Below, piece after piece: positions 42,289 through 53,653 of a DNA stretch of 64,000 nucleotides (the first letter of the stretch is position 1; every line of letters begins with the position of its first letter). The stretch spans positions 2,999 to 66,998 of the forward strand of contig CAVZAC010000006.1 in the NCBI GenBank assembly GCA_963773175.1, given 5' to 3'. A model generated the notes under the pieces. It had not been told where the DNA came from, searched no databases, and saw nothing but the letters and a program-made list of their open reading frames with translations. A program made the translations under genes and the position numbers. The DNA comes from an uncultured Actinomycetes bacterium (GTDB lineage: Bacteria > Actinomycetota > Thermoleophilia > Gaiellales > Gaiellaceae).

Positions 42289-43487
42289 GTGGCTAGGCTC
42301 TCCGGGTTGAGACGGGAGCTCGACCGGCGCGCGCTGACGGCCCTCTCGGGCGGCCATCTCGCGGTCGACTTCGCCGCCGGCTCGCGTCCCGGCGCTGCTG
42401 CCCTTCCTCAAGGACCGCTTCGGGCTCTCGTACACGCTCGCAGCGCTGTTGATCCTGGCGTCGGCCTTCTGCTCGTCGCTGATCCAGCCGCTGTTCGGCC
42501 TGTGGTCCGACCGGCGGGGCGCGATCTGGCTGCTTCCGGTCGGCGTCGCGGTGGCAGGCATCGGCGTGGCGCTCGCCGCCGACGCCCCGAGCTACTGGCT
42601 CGTTGTCCTGCTCGTGGCCGTGTCCGGGCTCGGCGTCGCCGCGTACCATCCCGAGGGCTCGAAGTTCGCCGCCTACGCGAGCGGGCCGCGGCGGGCGAGC
42701 GGGATGTCGTACTTCTCGATCGGCGGCAACCTCGGCTACGCACTCGGGCCGCTGCTCGCAACGCCGCTCATCGTCTGGCTGGGCCTCGAGGGCGGGCTTC
42801 TGCTGGCAGTGCCGTGCCTTGCCGTCGCGTTCGTGCTGATGCGTGCCGCCCCGTTCCTCAAGGGGTTCGCTGTCGAGCAACGGCACATCACGAGCGCCGG
42901 ACGGCCCCGACCGGATCGGGGCGCTCGTGCTGCTGCTCACCGTGATCTGCTGCCGCAGCGTCGCGTGGTTCGGGCTCATCACGTTCGTGCCGCTCTGGGA
43001 GGTCTCGCTGGGCCACTCGGCGGCCCACGGGAACCACCTGCTGACGCTGATGCTGCTGGCGGGCGGGCTGGGAACGGTCGTCGCGGGGCCGCTCGCCGAC
43101 CGGCTCGGGCTGCGCCCGGTCCTGCTGGTCAGCCTGGTCGCGGCGGGGCCGTTGATCCTCGTATTCGTGCTCGTCGGCGGGGTTCCGGGAGCCGTCGCGC
43201 TTGCCCTCGTCGGCTGCTGCGTGATCGGCACGTTCGGCGTCACGATGGTGATGAGCCAGCAGTACCTGCCGAGCCGGATCGGCATGGCATCGGGCCTGTC
43301 GGTCGGGATGTCGATCGGCCTGGGCGGGATCGCGGCGGTGGCGCTCGGCGCGGTCGCCGACTCGATCGACCTGCGCGCCGCCCTGCTGATCTGCGCTGCC
43401 GCGGCCGTCGTGGCGGCCGTGCTCGCCGTGTGGCTGCCCGGGGCCGCGCGTCGGGTCGAGCAGGAAGAGCTCGCCGCGGCCGCATGA
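42289..43487 (+). CDS. MFS transporter; two frame breaks
   Basis: Frames go 1 -> 2 (~42385) -> 3 (~42905). Hydrophobic core ...LILASAFCSSLIQPLFGLWSDRRG...VAAYHPEGSKFA...MSYFSIGGNLGYALGP... and ORF 42843..43487. Span is 3n+2. Confidence 0.7.
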
Positions 43488-43502
43488 GGTAGCCTCGCGC
43501 CC

Positions 43503-43812
43503 GTGCCGGGAAGCGTGCGCGAGTTCTTCGAGAGTCTGGAGTCGCGTGCCGACCCGTCGAGGGCTGCAGGCATGACGGCCTCGTACCTGTTCGTCATCGA
43601 CGGGGCCGGCCAGTGGAAGGTCGACGTCGTCGACGGCCACGTCACCGTCACCGAGGGTGCCGGCCCGGCGGACTGCACGATCACGGCGTCGGAGCGGACC
43701 TTCGAGCGCATCGTGGCCGCGCGAGCAGAACCCAACGACCGCGTACATGACCGGCAAGCTGAAGATCGCCGGCGACATGGGACAGGCGCTGAAGCTCCAG
43801 AAGCTTTTCTAA
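43503..43812 (+). CDS. SCP2 sterol-binding-domain protein; one frame break
   Basis: MPGSVREFFESLESRADPSRAAGMTASYLFVIDGAGQWKVDVVDGHVTVTEGAG...SERTFERIVA, then a +1 step at ~43725 into EQNPTTAYMTGKLKIAGDMGQALKLQKLF* (TAA 43810-43812). Confidence 0.65.
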
Positions 43813-43903
43813 CAACCCGGCGCAAAATCCTCAGAGATTCGTCTCGGCCGCCTTACATCGCGGTCGTAGCGTCCGTTGCGAAGCGACTCGAGGAGGCGCC
43901 GTC

Positions 43904-46011
43904 ATGGCGGGACATGTTCTTCGAGGGGTCATCGTGCTCGTCGCGGCGGCCGCGGTCGGAGGGGCCGCGGCCGCCGGCGACGGATCGAGCGCCGGGCTGG
44001 CCGGAACGATCGTGTTCAGCAGCGACCGGGCGCCCAACCTCATTCCACAGCTCATCTCCGTCGGCAGCGACGGGAGCGCACGGCGGCAGCTCACCAACTG
44101 GTCGGCCTACGCCTCGGCGGTCGTCCCGTCGCCCGACCGCACGCGCGTGGCCTACCTCGTCGGCAACGCCCTCTGGGTTGCGGACGCGGACGGGTCGCAC
44201 GCGCTCCAGCTCACCGACGGCTCCTACTTCGTGACGCCGCCGACCTGGGCGCCCGACGGGTCGACGCTCGCCTACTTCGCTGTCCAGCAGGACGGGTTCT
44301 GGCTCACCGTCGCGTCTGCCGCCGGCGGAGCTCCCACGCGGCTGACGTCCGTCGCGTCCTCGACGCGGGTCGCGTGGAGCCCGGACAGCACGCGGATCGC
44401 CTTCGACGGGGGCACGTACGTGCACCCCGAGGTCGACACGATCCGGGTCGCCGACGGCGACACGCGGACGATCACGCCCACGGTCTTCTTCCCGACCGCG
44501 CTGGCCTGGTCGCCGGACGGCGCCCGCCTCGCCTACACCGCGAACTCGCTCTGGGTCGTGAACGCCGACGGCACCGGAGCCACGCAACTGACCCACAGCT
44601 ACGACGACACGCCGGTGTTCTCGCCGGACAGCACGCGGATCGCGTACTCGAGCTACACCGACCGCAGCTGGGAGCTCTTCGCGATCGGCGCCGACGGCTC
44701 GTCCCCGGTGCGGCTGACCGCGAACGACGACTACGACCAGTCACCGGCGTGGTCGCCCGACGGCTCGCAGATCGCCGTCGCCCGCATGGACAGCAACGAT
44801 CAGAAAGGCGAGATCGTGAGCGTGGCCGCGAACGGCAGCGGAGAGCGCGTCGTGCTCCGGGAGCCCGAGCACGCGACGATCGACGACGGCCCCTGGTGGA
44901 CGCCCGACGGTACGCGGCTGCTCGTCGCCGACCACCTCGTCTCCAACGACCGCGAGCTCTACGCGACGGACGGGCAACGGTGGGCGTGTCACGCAGCTCA
45001 CGAACAACAGCGTCGACGACGCCGATCCGGCCGTCTCTCCGGACGGACGCCTCGTGGCGTTCGACCGCGGCGACCCCGGAAACCAGGAGCTGTACGTGAT
45101 GCGGATGGGCGGCGGCGGCCTGCACCGGCTGACGACGAACCGCTTCGTCAGCGACGTGCAGCCGAGCTGGTCGCCGGACGGCACCCAGATCGCGTTCGCC
45201 AGCAACCGAACTCGGCGTCTCCCACATCTACGTCATCGGCTCGAACGGAGGCCGGGTGCGGCGGGTCACCGGGGGACGCGCGGTCGACACCGAGCCGGCC
45301 TGGTCGCCAGACGGCTCGTCGATCGCCTTCACCTCGGCGAGCCCGGACACCGGACTCCGCCAGGTCTGGTCGGTCGGGCCGTACGGGGGCCGGCAGCACC
45401 GGCTCGACAGCTCGACCGATGCTTCCGGCCCCGCCTGGTCGCCGCGCGGGACTCGGCTCGCCTACGTCGCGGACGAGCCCGGGACGACGCCCGACCAGGG
45501 GATCCGGGGCCTGTTCGTGACGACGGGGAGCGGCGTGCAGGAGGTCGCCCACGGCGTCGTGTCACGGCCGGCCTGGAGTCCGGACGGCAGCTGGAATCCG
45601 AACGGCAGCGAGATCCTGTACAGCAACGGCTGGCAGCTTCTCGCCGTGGCTCCCGACGGCACCAACGTCGTCGCGAGGACGCTCGGAGCCCCCGGCACGA
45701 CCGACGAGCCCGCCCGGCAGCGCCGCTGCGACATCGTCGGAACGCCGGGGAACGACGTGCTGCAGGGCAACGCGAGCGACGAGGTGATCTGCGGCCTCGG
45801 CGGGAACGACACGATCCGCGGCGGCGGCGGGAACGACGTGCTGCTCGGCGGCGACGGCAACGACACGCTCGTCGGCGGGCCCGGGCGCGACTTCGTGTTC
45901 GGAGGACGCGGCAACGATCTCCTGCTCGGCCGCGACGGGTCGCGCGACGTCCTCGACGGCGGCCCCGGCCGCGACCGCGTGCAGGCCGACCGGCTCGACG
46001 TCGTGCGCTGA
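43904..46011 (+). CDS. secreted TolB-like PD40 beta-propeller protein with C-terminal RTX (hemolysin-type Ca-binding) repeats; two frame breaks
   Basis: ATG 43904 with GAGGAGG upstream, followed by a signal-like N-terminus. It has many W/F-SPDG units (AWSPDSTRIAF, AWSPDGSQIAV, SWSPDGTQIAF...). The C-terminus is GLGGNDTIRGGGGNDVLLGGDGNDTLVGGPGRDFVFGGRGNDLLLGRDGSRDVLDGGPGRDRV. Steps are at ~44983 and ~45213. Span is 3n+2. Confidence 0.7.
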
Positions 46012-46022
46012 GGAGCGGCGGC

Positions 46023-47639
46023 CTACTCCTCCAGCTCGACGAGCACGGTTCCCCCCGCCACGCGGTCGCCCTCGGCGACGTGCACGGCGCGGACGACCGC
46101 CTCGTAGGGGGACACGATCGGCGTCTCCATCTTCATCGCCTCCAGCACGACGAGCGGCTGGCGCGGCTCGACCGCGTCGCCCTCCGCGACCAGCACCTTC
46201 ACCACGGTGCCGGGCATCGGGGCAGCGAGGGAGCTCTGCTCGGCGCCGGGGCCGTGCCGTGGGCGGCCGCGTCCACGTCCGGCGGCGGCTGCGGGGGCCG
46301 GGGCGGGGAGATTGAGCCGGAAGGCACCGCGCCAGGGGCCCTCCGGAAGCGCGACGGGCGGCGCCGAGAGCGGCGGATAGTCGGTCAGGAATGCGGTCGT
46401 CGTCCGTCCCGCCTCGCAGCGCCGGGTGGCGCACGAGCCAGCGCAGGAACGGGAGATTCGTCGTGACGCCGGCGACCTCGGTCTCGTCCAGCGCGGCGGC
46501 GAGCCGGTCGAGCGCCTCGGCGCGCGTCGAGCCCGGATGCGATCAGCTTCGCGATCATCGGGTCGTACGCGACGCCCACCTCGTCGCCCTCCTCGACTCC
46601 CGCGTCGACCCGGATCCCGTCCGGCAGCCGCAACCGCTCGACCGGCCCCGCCTGCGGCAGGAACGTCCGGGGATCCTCGGCGTACAGGCGCACCTCGACG
46701 GCATGGCCCTCGCGGCTCCGGCCGCAGGTCGAGCGGGCGGCCTTCGGCGATCCGGATCTGCTCGCGCACGAGGTCGACGCCGGTCACCAGCTCGGTCACC
46801 GGATGCTCGACCTGAATTCGGCCGTTCAGCTCCAGGAAGAAGAAGTCCCGGCCGTCCAGCATGAACTCCGCGGTGCCCGCGCTCGTGTAGCCGATCGCGC
46901 GGGCGAAGGCGACGGCCGCCTCGCTCATCGCCGCCCGCAGCGCCGGGTCGAGCGCGGGGGAGGGCGACTCCTCGAGCACCTTCTGGTGGCGGCGCTGCAC
47001 CGAGCACTCGCGCTCGCCGAGGGCGACCACCGTGCCCTGCGTGTCGCCCAGGAGCTGGATCTCGACGTGCCGCGGCCGCTCCACGTAGCGCTCGCAGAAC
47101 ACCGTGCCGTCGCCGAAGGCCGCCTGGGCCTCGCGCTCCGCGGCCTCGAGCGCCTCGGCGAGCTCTGCCCGGCCGCGCACGATCCGCATCCCGCGGCCGC
47201 CGCCGCCCGCCGCCGCCTTGATGATCAGCGGGAAGCCCAGGGCCTCGGGGTCTCCGCTCTCGACCACGGGCACCCCCGCCTCGCGCGCGATCCGCTTGGC
47301 CGCCAGCTTGTCGCCGCCGGCCCGCAGCGCCTCCGGCGTCGGCCCGACGAACACGAGCCCGGCCGCGCCCGTCGCCTCCGCGAAATCGGCGTTCTCGGCG
47401 AGGAACCCGTACCCGGGATGGATCGCGTCCGCGCCGGTCTGCCTCGCGGCGCGGATGTGCTCCTCGGAGTACAGGTAGGAAGCGATCTCGACCGTCTCGT
47501 CGGCGGTGCGGCCGTGCAGCGAGCCGCGATCGTCCGGAGCGACGACGGCGACGGTGCCGATCCCGAGCTCGCGGCAGGTGCGGAAGATCCGCGCTGCGAT
47601 CTCGCCCCGGTTCGCGACCAGCAGCTTCCTGATCGTCAT
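46023..47639 (-). CDS. acyl-CoA carboxylase alpha subunit (biotin carboxylase + biotinyl/BCCP domain); three frame breaks
   Basis: ATG 47639. MTIRKLLVANRGEIAARIFRT...IIKAAAGGGGRGMRIV...LELNGRIQVEHPVTE..., then VRLYAEDP...YDPMIAKLIA, ...LRWLVRHPALR, and the C-terminus PMPGTVVKVLVAEGDAVEPRQPLVVLEAMKMETPI (biotinyl Lys in AMKM). Span is 3n. Confidence 0.8.
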   Translation of the reverse strand: MTIRKLLVANRGEIAARIFRTCRELGIGTVAVVAPDDRGSLHGRTADETVEIASYLYSEEHIRAARQTGADAIHPGYGFLAENADFAEATGAAGLVFVGPTPEALRAGGDKLAAKRIAREAGVPVVESGDPEALGFPLIIKAAAGGGGRGMRIVRGRAELAEALEAAEREAQAAFGDGTVFCERYVERPRHVEIQLLGDTQGTVVALGERECSVQRRHQKVLEESPSPALDPALRAAMSEAAVAFARAIGYTSAGTAEFMLDGRDFFFLELNGRIQVEHPVTELVTGVDLVREQIRIAEGRPLDLRPEPRGPCRRGAPVRRGSPDVPAAGGAGRAVAAAGRDPGRRGSRGGRRGGRRVRPDDREADRIRARRAPRRSTGSPPRWTRPRSPASRRISRSCAGSCATRRCEAGRTTTAFLTDYPPLSAPPVALPEGPWRGAFRLNLPAPAPAAAAGRGRGRPRHGPGAEQSSLAAPMPGTVVKVLVAEGDAVEPRQPLVVLEAMKMETPIVSPYEAVVRAVHVAEGDRVAGGTVLVELEE

Positions 47640-48789
47640 GCCGGACTCAGGGAGAGCAGCGAGTGGTGACGGCGCAGGAACAGCAAGCGTGAGCACGCAC
47701 ACGACGCCGGCGCAGAGGTACGGGACGGCGTCGCTGCCGGTTGCTCCCGCGAGCGCGCCGCCGAGCACCGCCCCGGTGAACTGCCCCGGGGCCCAGGCCA
47801 TGTTCATCAGCGCGAAGCCGTAGGCGTAGTCGAGTCCGCGCGCCTCCGAGCTGTCGGCCAGCAGCGACATCGCGGGCGCCCAGAAGAGGCCGAACGACAC
47901 CGCGGCGCAGAGCACGAGCACGGCGAGCACGAACCAGCGGTCCGGCCACGGGAGCAGGCTGAGCGCGATCGCCGAGGCGACGAGGCCGACGAGAATCGGT
48001 GCGATCCGCCCACGGCGGTCGGAGACGCGGCCGACGTACGGGCTGGCTATCGCCTCGAACGCGGTCGCGACCAGCCACGTCGCCCCGATCCCGAGCGCCC
48101 CCAGGCCGAGCTCGGACAGCCGCAGCGGACCGAGCACACCGAGCATCCCGAACAGGATCCCGGGTAGCACGACGAACCACATCGCCGTGCGGACCCGGGG
48201 ATCGCCGAGCCGCGTGCCAGAACGCACTGAGCGGCTGGCGCCCCTGCGGGCCGGGCGCCGCCGTGGTCGCCACGCCGACCGCGATCCCGGCGGCCAGCAC
48301 GGCGATCCCGCCGAATGCCGCGGCCGTCCCCACGACCGACGCGATCCCGCCCACGACGGGGCCGAACAGCGCGCCTCCGATCGCCGCCGCGAGCGCCGAG
48401 CCGATCAGCTCGCCGCGCCGGTCGGCCGGGGCCATCAGCGTGAGCCACGTGAGCGCGGCCGTCCACGTGAAGGAGCTCGACACGCCCTGCGCGAACCGCG
48501 CCGTGTCGAGCAGCCACTCGCTGTGCGCGAGCCCGAACAGGACGGTGGTCGCGATCAGCCCGCCCAGCCCGATCAGCGCCGCGCGCTTGACCCCGAGCCG
48601 CGAGGTCGCGATCCCTCCCGGGAGCGCGCCGACGAACGTCCCCAGCGGGTAGGCGGCCGCGAGCATGCCCGCGTGCGCCTTGGAGAGGCCCAGCTCGTCG
48701 ACGTAGTGCGGCAGCAGCGGAGTGAGCGCCGCGAAGAACATCGTGTCGACGAAGACGATGGCGCCGACGAGGATCAGCAGTCTCCGCAT
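47636..48789 (-). CDS. MFS transporter; two frame breaks
   Basis: ATG 48789. MRRLLILVGAIVFVDTMFFAALTPLLPHYVDELGLSK..., then a +1 step at ~48225 into ...MWFVVLPGILFGMLGVLGPLRLSELGLGA.... A second step near ~47690 gives ...LLFLRRHHSLLSLSPA*, with the TGA overlapping the carboxylase ATG (ATGA). Span is 3n+2. Confidence 0.6.
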
Positions 48790-48899
48790 CAGGCGAAGCC
48801 TATGGAGCGGCCGCCTGCCGATGTCGTTAACACGACGTACGCACGGGCTCAACCTGCCGCAACAGGACGTTAATCTCGCCTGGGTACAACGAGAGCGGC

Positions 48900-49866
48900 A
48901 TGCCAGGGCAGAGCGCGGTGAGGCACGAGGTTCGGCCGTCCGCGCTCCGTCGCGCTCCGGAGTGTCTTCGTCCTCGTTCTCGCCGCGTTCCTCGCCGGCG
49001 GCCTGGCCGGGCTCGGGAGCTACGTCCGGAACTACTGGCTCTACCGCGGCTTCCCCCCGCCGCGAGACCCGGCGTTCGTGCAGACCCCCGGCCGCACCGT
49101 GCGGTTCAAGCTGACCAGCCCGGCGCTCGGCGGGCGGCGGCAAGAGGTGTACGTCTACCTCCCCGCCGCCTACGAGCAGCAGCCCGCGCGCCGCTTCCCC
49201 GTCGTCTACCTGCTGCACGGCTTCCCGGGCCGTCCCACGGCCTTCCTGCAGACCGTCCGCGCCGGCGTCGTGGACGACATCATCGCCGCGAAAGGCGTCG
49301 CGCAGCCCGCGATCCTCGTCATGCCGTTCGGCTCAACCGGGACGTTCACCGACAAGGAGTGGGCCAACGGGATCCGCCCGCACGAGGACTGGGAGACGTT
49401 CGTCGCGCGCGATGTCGTGCGCGCTGTCGATCGCCGCTACAGGACGATCCCGACCGCGTCGGGGCGCGTGCTCGCCGGGCTCTCGGAGGGGGGCTACGGC
49501 TCCCTCAACATCGGGCTCCACCACCCCGGCGAGTTCGGGGTGCTCGAGAGCTGGTCGGGGTACGAGCAGGCCGACAACATCGCGTCGATCTTCGGCCGCA
49601 GGCCGAGGCTGCTCGCCTACAACAGCCCGACGAAGCAGCTTCCGCTGGTGCTCCCGGGACTGCGCCGCGCGCACACGTACATCTGGTTCTACAGCGGGAG
49701 CACGGATCCGCTCCGGCGCCAGAACGCGGCCTTCGCCAAGGAGCTCGTGCGCTACCGGATCCCGCATCGCTACTTCCTCGTGCGCGGCGGCCACAACTGG
49801 GCGCTCTGGCGCGGGCAGGCCGAACGGGCGCTCTCTGCGGCGCTGACGAGGCTCGCGCATGGCTAG
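48900..49866 (+). CDS. putative esterase (esterase-D/enterochelin-esterase-like alpha/beta hydrolase) with N-terminal TM anchor; one frame break
   Basis: ORF 49078..49866 (VVYLLHGFPGRP..., GLSEGGYGSL nucleophile elbow, ...RGGHNWALW). The same frame is open upstream through a TM segment (VFVLVLAAFLAGGLAGLGSY) but has no start. ATG 48900 lies one frame back, so there is a +1 step at ~48945. Confidence 0.65.
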
Positions 49867-51959
49867 ATGCTGCTCGGATCGCCGCCGACGTCGCCGCCGG
49901 GCTGGCCGTGCCTCGCGGTCGTCCTCGGCGCGAGCGGCTGGCTGTACCTCCTCGAGTCGCACACCTGGGGCCCGTTGTTCGGCCCGTCGATCGGCGACGC
50001 GCTGCCGCTGGACGAGCTCTCGAAGCACTCGGCCGTGCCGCTGTCCGGCTTCGTGGCGGTCTGGGGGGCCGCCGCGCGTCCTGCTCGGGCTGATCGCCCG
50101 TTGGCGCCGAGTCGAGCGGCTCACCGCCGCGCTCCTGCTCGCGCTCGGAGTGGCGCTGTGGGGCTACCTGGAGACCGGCGTGTCGCTGCTGATCGTGCGC
50201 CAGGTGCCGGCCCACGCGGCGTTCGGTGCCGCGTCGCAGCTGGAGGCCGTCTACCTCCCGGCGGCACTCGCGGGTCTCGGCGGCGCCCTGCTCGCACGGG
50301 AGCGAGGGTCGCGGCACCGGGCGGCGACGGTTCTCGCCTGCTTCGTCGGCGCGGCCGGTGCTCTGGACGTGCTCGACGGGATCCTGCCGGCGCGCGGCGA
50401 GGGTTTCCTCGAGCAGCTCGCGCCGCAGCCCGGTGCACCCCGTGACCGTGGCGCTCGTGGCCCCGATCGGATTGCTGCTGATCCTGCTGGCCCGTGGGCT
50501 CGCCCGCCGCAAGCGCCGCGCGTGGCAGCTTGCGACCGCGCTCCTCTGTGGCTCGGCGGCCCTGAACGCGCTGCACGGGTTCAACCACGGCGCGCTGGCG
50601 ACCGCTCTGGTCGCGATCGCCCTCGTGGCGAGGAGGCGGGACTTCGACGCACGGGGTGATCCCGGTGCGAGGCCGCGCGTCATCGCCCGCGCGGCGGTCT
50701 TCCTCGCGCTCGTCTACGCCTACGGCGCGAGTGCCCTGTGGGCCAACCGGATCATGGCCGACCAGCCGTTCACGTTCCCGTTCGCGATCCGCGAGACGAC
50801 GCTGTCGCTCGTCGGCGTCAACATCCGCGGCTCGGCCCACCTCGTCGGCGCCTTCGACTCGTGGTTCCCGTTGTCGATGCTGCTGCTCGGGCTCGGCGGC
50901 GCGATCTCTCTGCTCGTCACCTGGCTCGCGCCCTGGCGGCACCGCGTGGCGCAGGAGGCGCACCAGCGCGAGCTGGCCCGCGACCTCGTGCGCGCCTGGG
51001 GAGAGGACACGCTGGCGCCGTTCGTGCTGCGCCGGGACAAGTCGTACTTCTTCACCGAGGACGAGCGGGCGATGATCGCATACAAGGTAGTGAGCGGCGT
51101 CGCGATCGTCTCCGGCGATCCGATTGGCCCGCCCGGAGCGCTCGCGGGCCTCGTGCGGGCGTTCGTCGCGTTTGCGCACGACCGCGACTGGCGGATCGCC
51201 ATCCTCGGGGCGTCCGAGCGGTGCCTCGCGCTCTACCGCTCGCAGGGTCTGCGCGCGCTGTACCACGGCGACGAGGCGGTGCTCGACGTGCCGACCTTCT
51301 CGCTCGAGGGCCGTGCGATCCGCAAGGTGCGCCAGTCGGTGCACCGGCTGGGCAAGGCCGGCTACCGCGCAGAGGTGCTGCGCCCGGGGGCGATCGGCGG
51401 CCCGCTGCGCGCCGAGCTCGAGGCGATCGCGCGCACGTGGCGCGCGGGCGAGCCGAACCGCGGCTTCGTGATGTCGCTGGACGCGCTGTTCCGGCTCGAG
51501 CACGACGACGCCGTGTTCGTCATCGGCTTCGGGCCCGACGGACGCGCCGCCGGCTTTCTCCACTACGCGGTCTGCGAGCGGGCCAGCGCTCTCTCGCTCT
51601 CGTCGATGCCGCGCCTGCGCGATACGCCGAACGGCTTCAACGAATGGCTCGTCTGCGAGACGGTGGACTGGGCGCGGTCGCGTGGGATCGAGCGGATCTC
51701 GCTCAACTTCGCGCCGTTCGCCGCCGTGCTCGCGCCGGAGGCCGAGCTGACGGCGCTCCTGCGGCTGGAGCGGAGCGCGCTGCTCCGCCTCAAGGGGCAC
51801 TTCCAGCTCGACAATCTCCTGGTCTTCAACCGGAAGTTCTACCCGGCCTGGCAGCGTCGCTTCGTCGTCTACGAGCGGCGCCGCGACCTGCCGCGCGTCG
51901 GGCTCGCGGCACTGGCCGCCGAGGCGTACCTGCCGTTCACCGGGCGCGAGCGCGCGTGA
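49867..51959 (+). CDS. MprF-like membrane protein with C-terminal aminoacyl-phosphatidylglycerol synthase domain (DUF2156); two frame breaks
   Basis: ATG 49867 abuts the previous stop. N-terminal TM segments span frames 1 -> 2 (~50075) -> 3 (~50430). The C-terminal ~330 aa (ORF 50226..51959) read ...LVRAWGEDTLAPFVLRRDKSYFF...IAYKVVSGVAIVSGDPIG...FLHYAV...SLSSMPR...PNGFNEWL...ISLNFAPF...NLLVFNRKFYPAW. Confidence 0.7.
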
Positions 51960-52836
51960 ACCTCGCGCTCGGGCTGCTGCTCGCCCTCGGCTCCGCGGTC
52001 GCCATCAACTGGGGCTACTACGCGCAGCATGCCGTCGCCCACGAGCTTCCGCCGCTGTCGGTCCGGCGGCCGATCAAGTCGCTGCTCGCGCTGTTCACGG
52101 TCCCCCGATGGTTGATCGGCTTCTGGGTGAGCATCGGCGGATGGGTGCTGTACGTGGTTGCGCTGAAGCTCGCGCCGCTCTCGCTCGTCCAGGCCACGGC
52201 GGCCGGCGGGATCGCGGTGCTCGCGCTGCTCGTCTCGCGCGGCGGCAAGGCGCTGGCGCAGGAAGGAGCTGGCCGGTGTCGCCGTGTCGCTGCTCGGGCT
52301 GGTGCTGCTCGGCGTCTCGCTCGTCGGGCCAGTCGACGCCGACGAGCGACGGGCACGTGGGATCGGTCGTGCTCTGGCTCGTCGCGTCGGCGGTGGTCGC
52401 CGGGCTGGCCGCCGGGGCGGGGATGCGGTGGGCAGCCGGGGGCGCGGGTCTGGGCATCGCCGCGGGTGTGCTCTACGCGGCAGGCGATGTGGGGACGAAG
52501 GCTGCGGTCGTCGGAGGACCGCGGCTCTGGCTCGTCGTCCCCGTGCTCGCTTGCCACGGCGCCGCCTTCGTCGCGCTGCAGCTCGGCTTCCAGCGCGGCG
52601 GCGCGCTCGCCACGGCGGGAGTCGCGACGCTCTTCACGAACGCGCTGCCGATCCTGGCCGGCACCGTCCTCTTCGCAGAGGGCCTGCCGAGCGGCGCGCT
52701 CGGCGTCGTCCGCGTCGCGTCGTTCGCCGCGGTCGTCGTCGGCGCGGCTCTACTCGCCCGGCCGGAGACTCCGGACGAGCCGGTGCCGATCGAGAGCGCA
52801 CAGGGAGCCGCTCTGGCCCTGGTTCGTCCCGACTAG
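51956..52836 (+). CDS. multi-pass membrane protein (DMT/EamA-like?); two frame breaks
   Basis: GTG 51956 overlaps the previous stop (GTGA). VNLALGLLLALGSAVAINWGYYAQHAV...VVALKLAPLSLVQATAAGGIAVLALL / ELAGVAVSLLGLVLLGVSL / ...VLYAAGDVGTKAAV...LFTNALPILAGTVLFAE.... Frames go 2-3-1. Span is 3n+2. Confidence 0.5.
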
Positions 52837-53628
52837 CTCTTCCGGGTCTCGGGCTCGGGTGCGAACACGCCCCACGGTGAGCCGTCTGCTGCGTGCCTCG
52901 CGGGACGCCGCTCGAGGAAGGCGCGGAGTCCCTCCTGTCCCTCGACGCTGGTGCGGCGCTCGGCGGTGCGGTCGACCGTCTCAGCCGCGTCCGGCCGTTC
53001 CAGCACCAGCCGCTTCGCGGCCCGCACTGCCTCCGGGCCGGACGACAGCAGCTCGGCGACGATCCGTTCGACGGCCGCGTCGAGATCGTCCGCGACCTCG
53101 CTGACCAGCCCGATCCGCAGCGCCGTTGCGGCGTCGAAGCGCTCGCCGGTGAGGAAGAGCCGCCGCGCATGCGCTTCGCCGATCTTGCGCAGCACGAAGG
53201 GCGAGATCACCGCCGGGACGATCCCGAGCTTCACCTCGGAGAACGCGAACAGCGCATCCGGCGCGGCGACGACGATGTCCGAGCAGGCGACCAGCCCGCA
53301 GCCGCCGCCCAGCGCGTGGCCCTGCACCGCGGTCACGACCGGAGCAGGGCAGGAGTCGATCGCGTCGAGCATCGCGCGCAGGCGCTCGCGCGTCGCGCAC
53401 GTTCTCCTCGAAGTCGAGGTCGACCGAGGCCCGCATCCATCCGACGTCGGCGCCCGCGGAGAAGCTCGGGCCCTCGCCGGAGAGCAGCACGGCCCGCGCG
53501 TCGCCGACGTCCGCGAACGCGGCCCCGAGCTCCTCGATCAGCTCCGCGTCGAACGCGTTCCGGCGCTCGGGCCGGGCCAGCACGATCCGCCGCAGCGGGC
53601 CGTCGGCGTCGATCCGCAGGCCACTCAT
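52833..53628 (-). CDS. enoyl-CoA hydratase/isomerase family protein (methylglutaconyl-CoA hydratase-like); one frame break
   Basis: ATG 53628. MSGLRIDADGPLRRIVLARPERRNAFD...VLLSGEGPSFSAGADV, then a +1 step at ~53395 into ORF 52833..53372 (...VQGHALGGGCGLVACSDIVVAAPDALFAFSEVKLGIVP...). Span is 3n+1. Confidence 0.8.
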
Positions 53629-53653
53629 CGCGGCGCCATCGTATGCTGCGGAT

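Noticed and set aside
46023-48227. A 734-aa ORF that looks like an MFS transporter fused to biotin carboxylase.
   Set aside because: The carboxylase has its own ATG (47639), which overlaps a TGA (ATGA) reachable from the MFS tail by one +1 step. The apparent fusion is read-through caused by a frame break.
52833-52836. Convergent gene pairs whose stop codons overlap within CTAG (here and at 23977-23980).
   Set aside because: This is a simple consequence of TAG being read on both strands of the palindrome CTAG. There is no evidence of a regulatory role.
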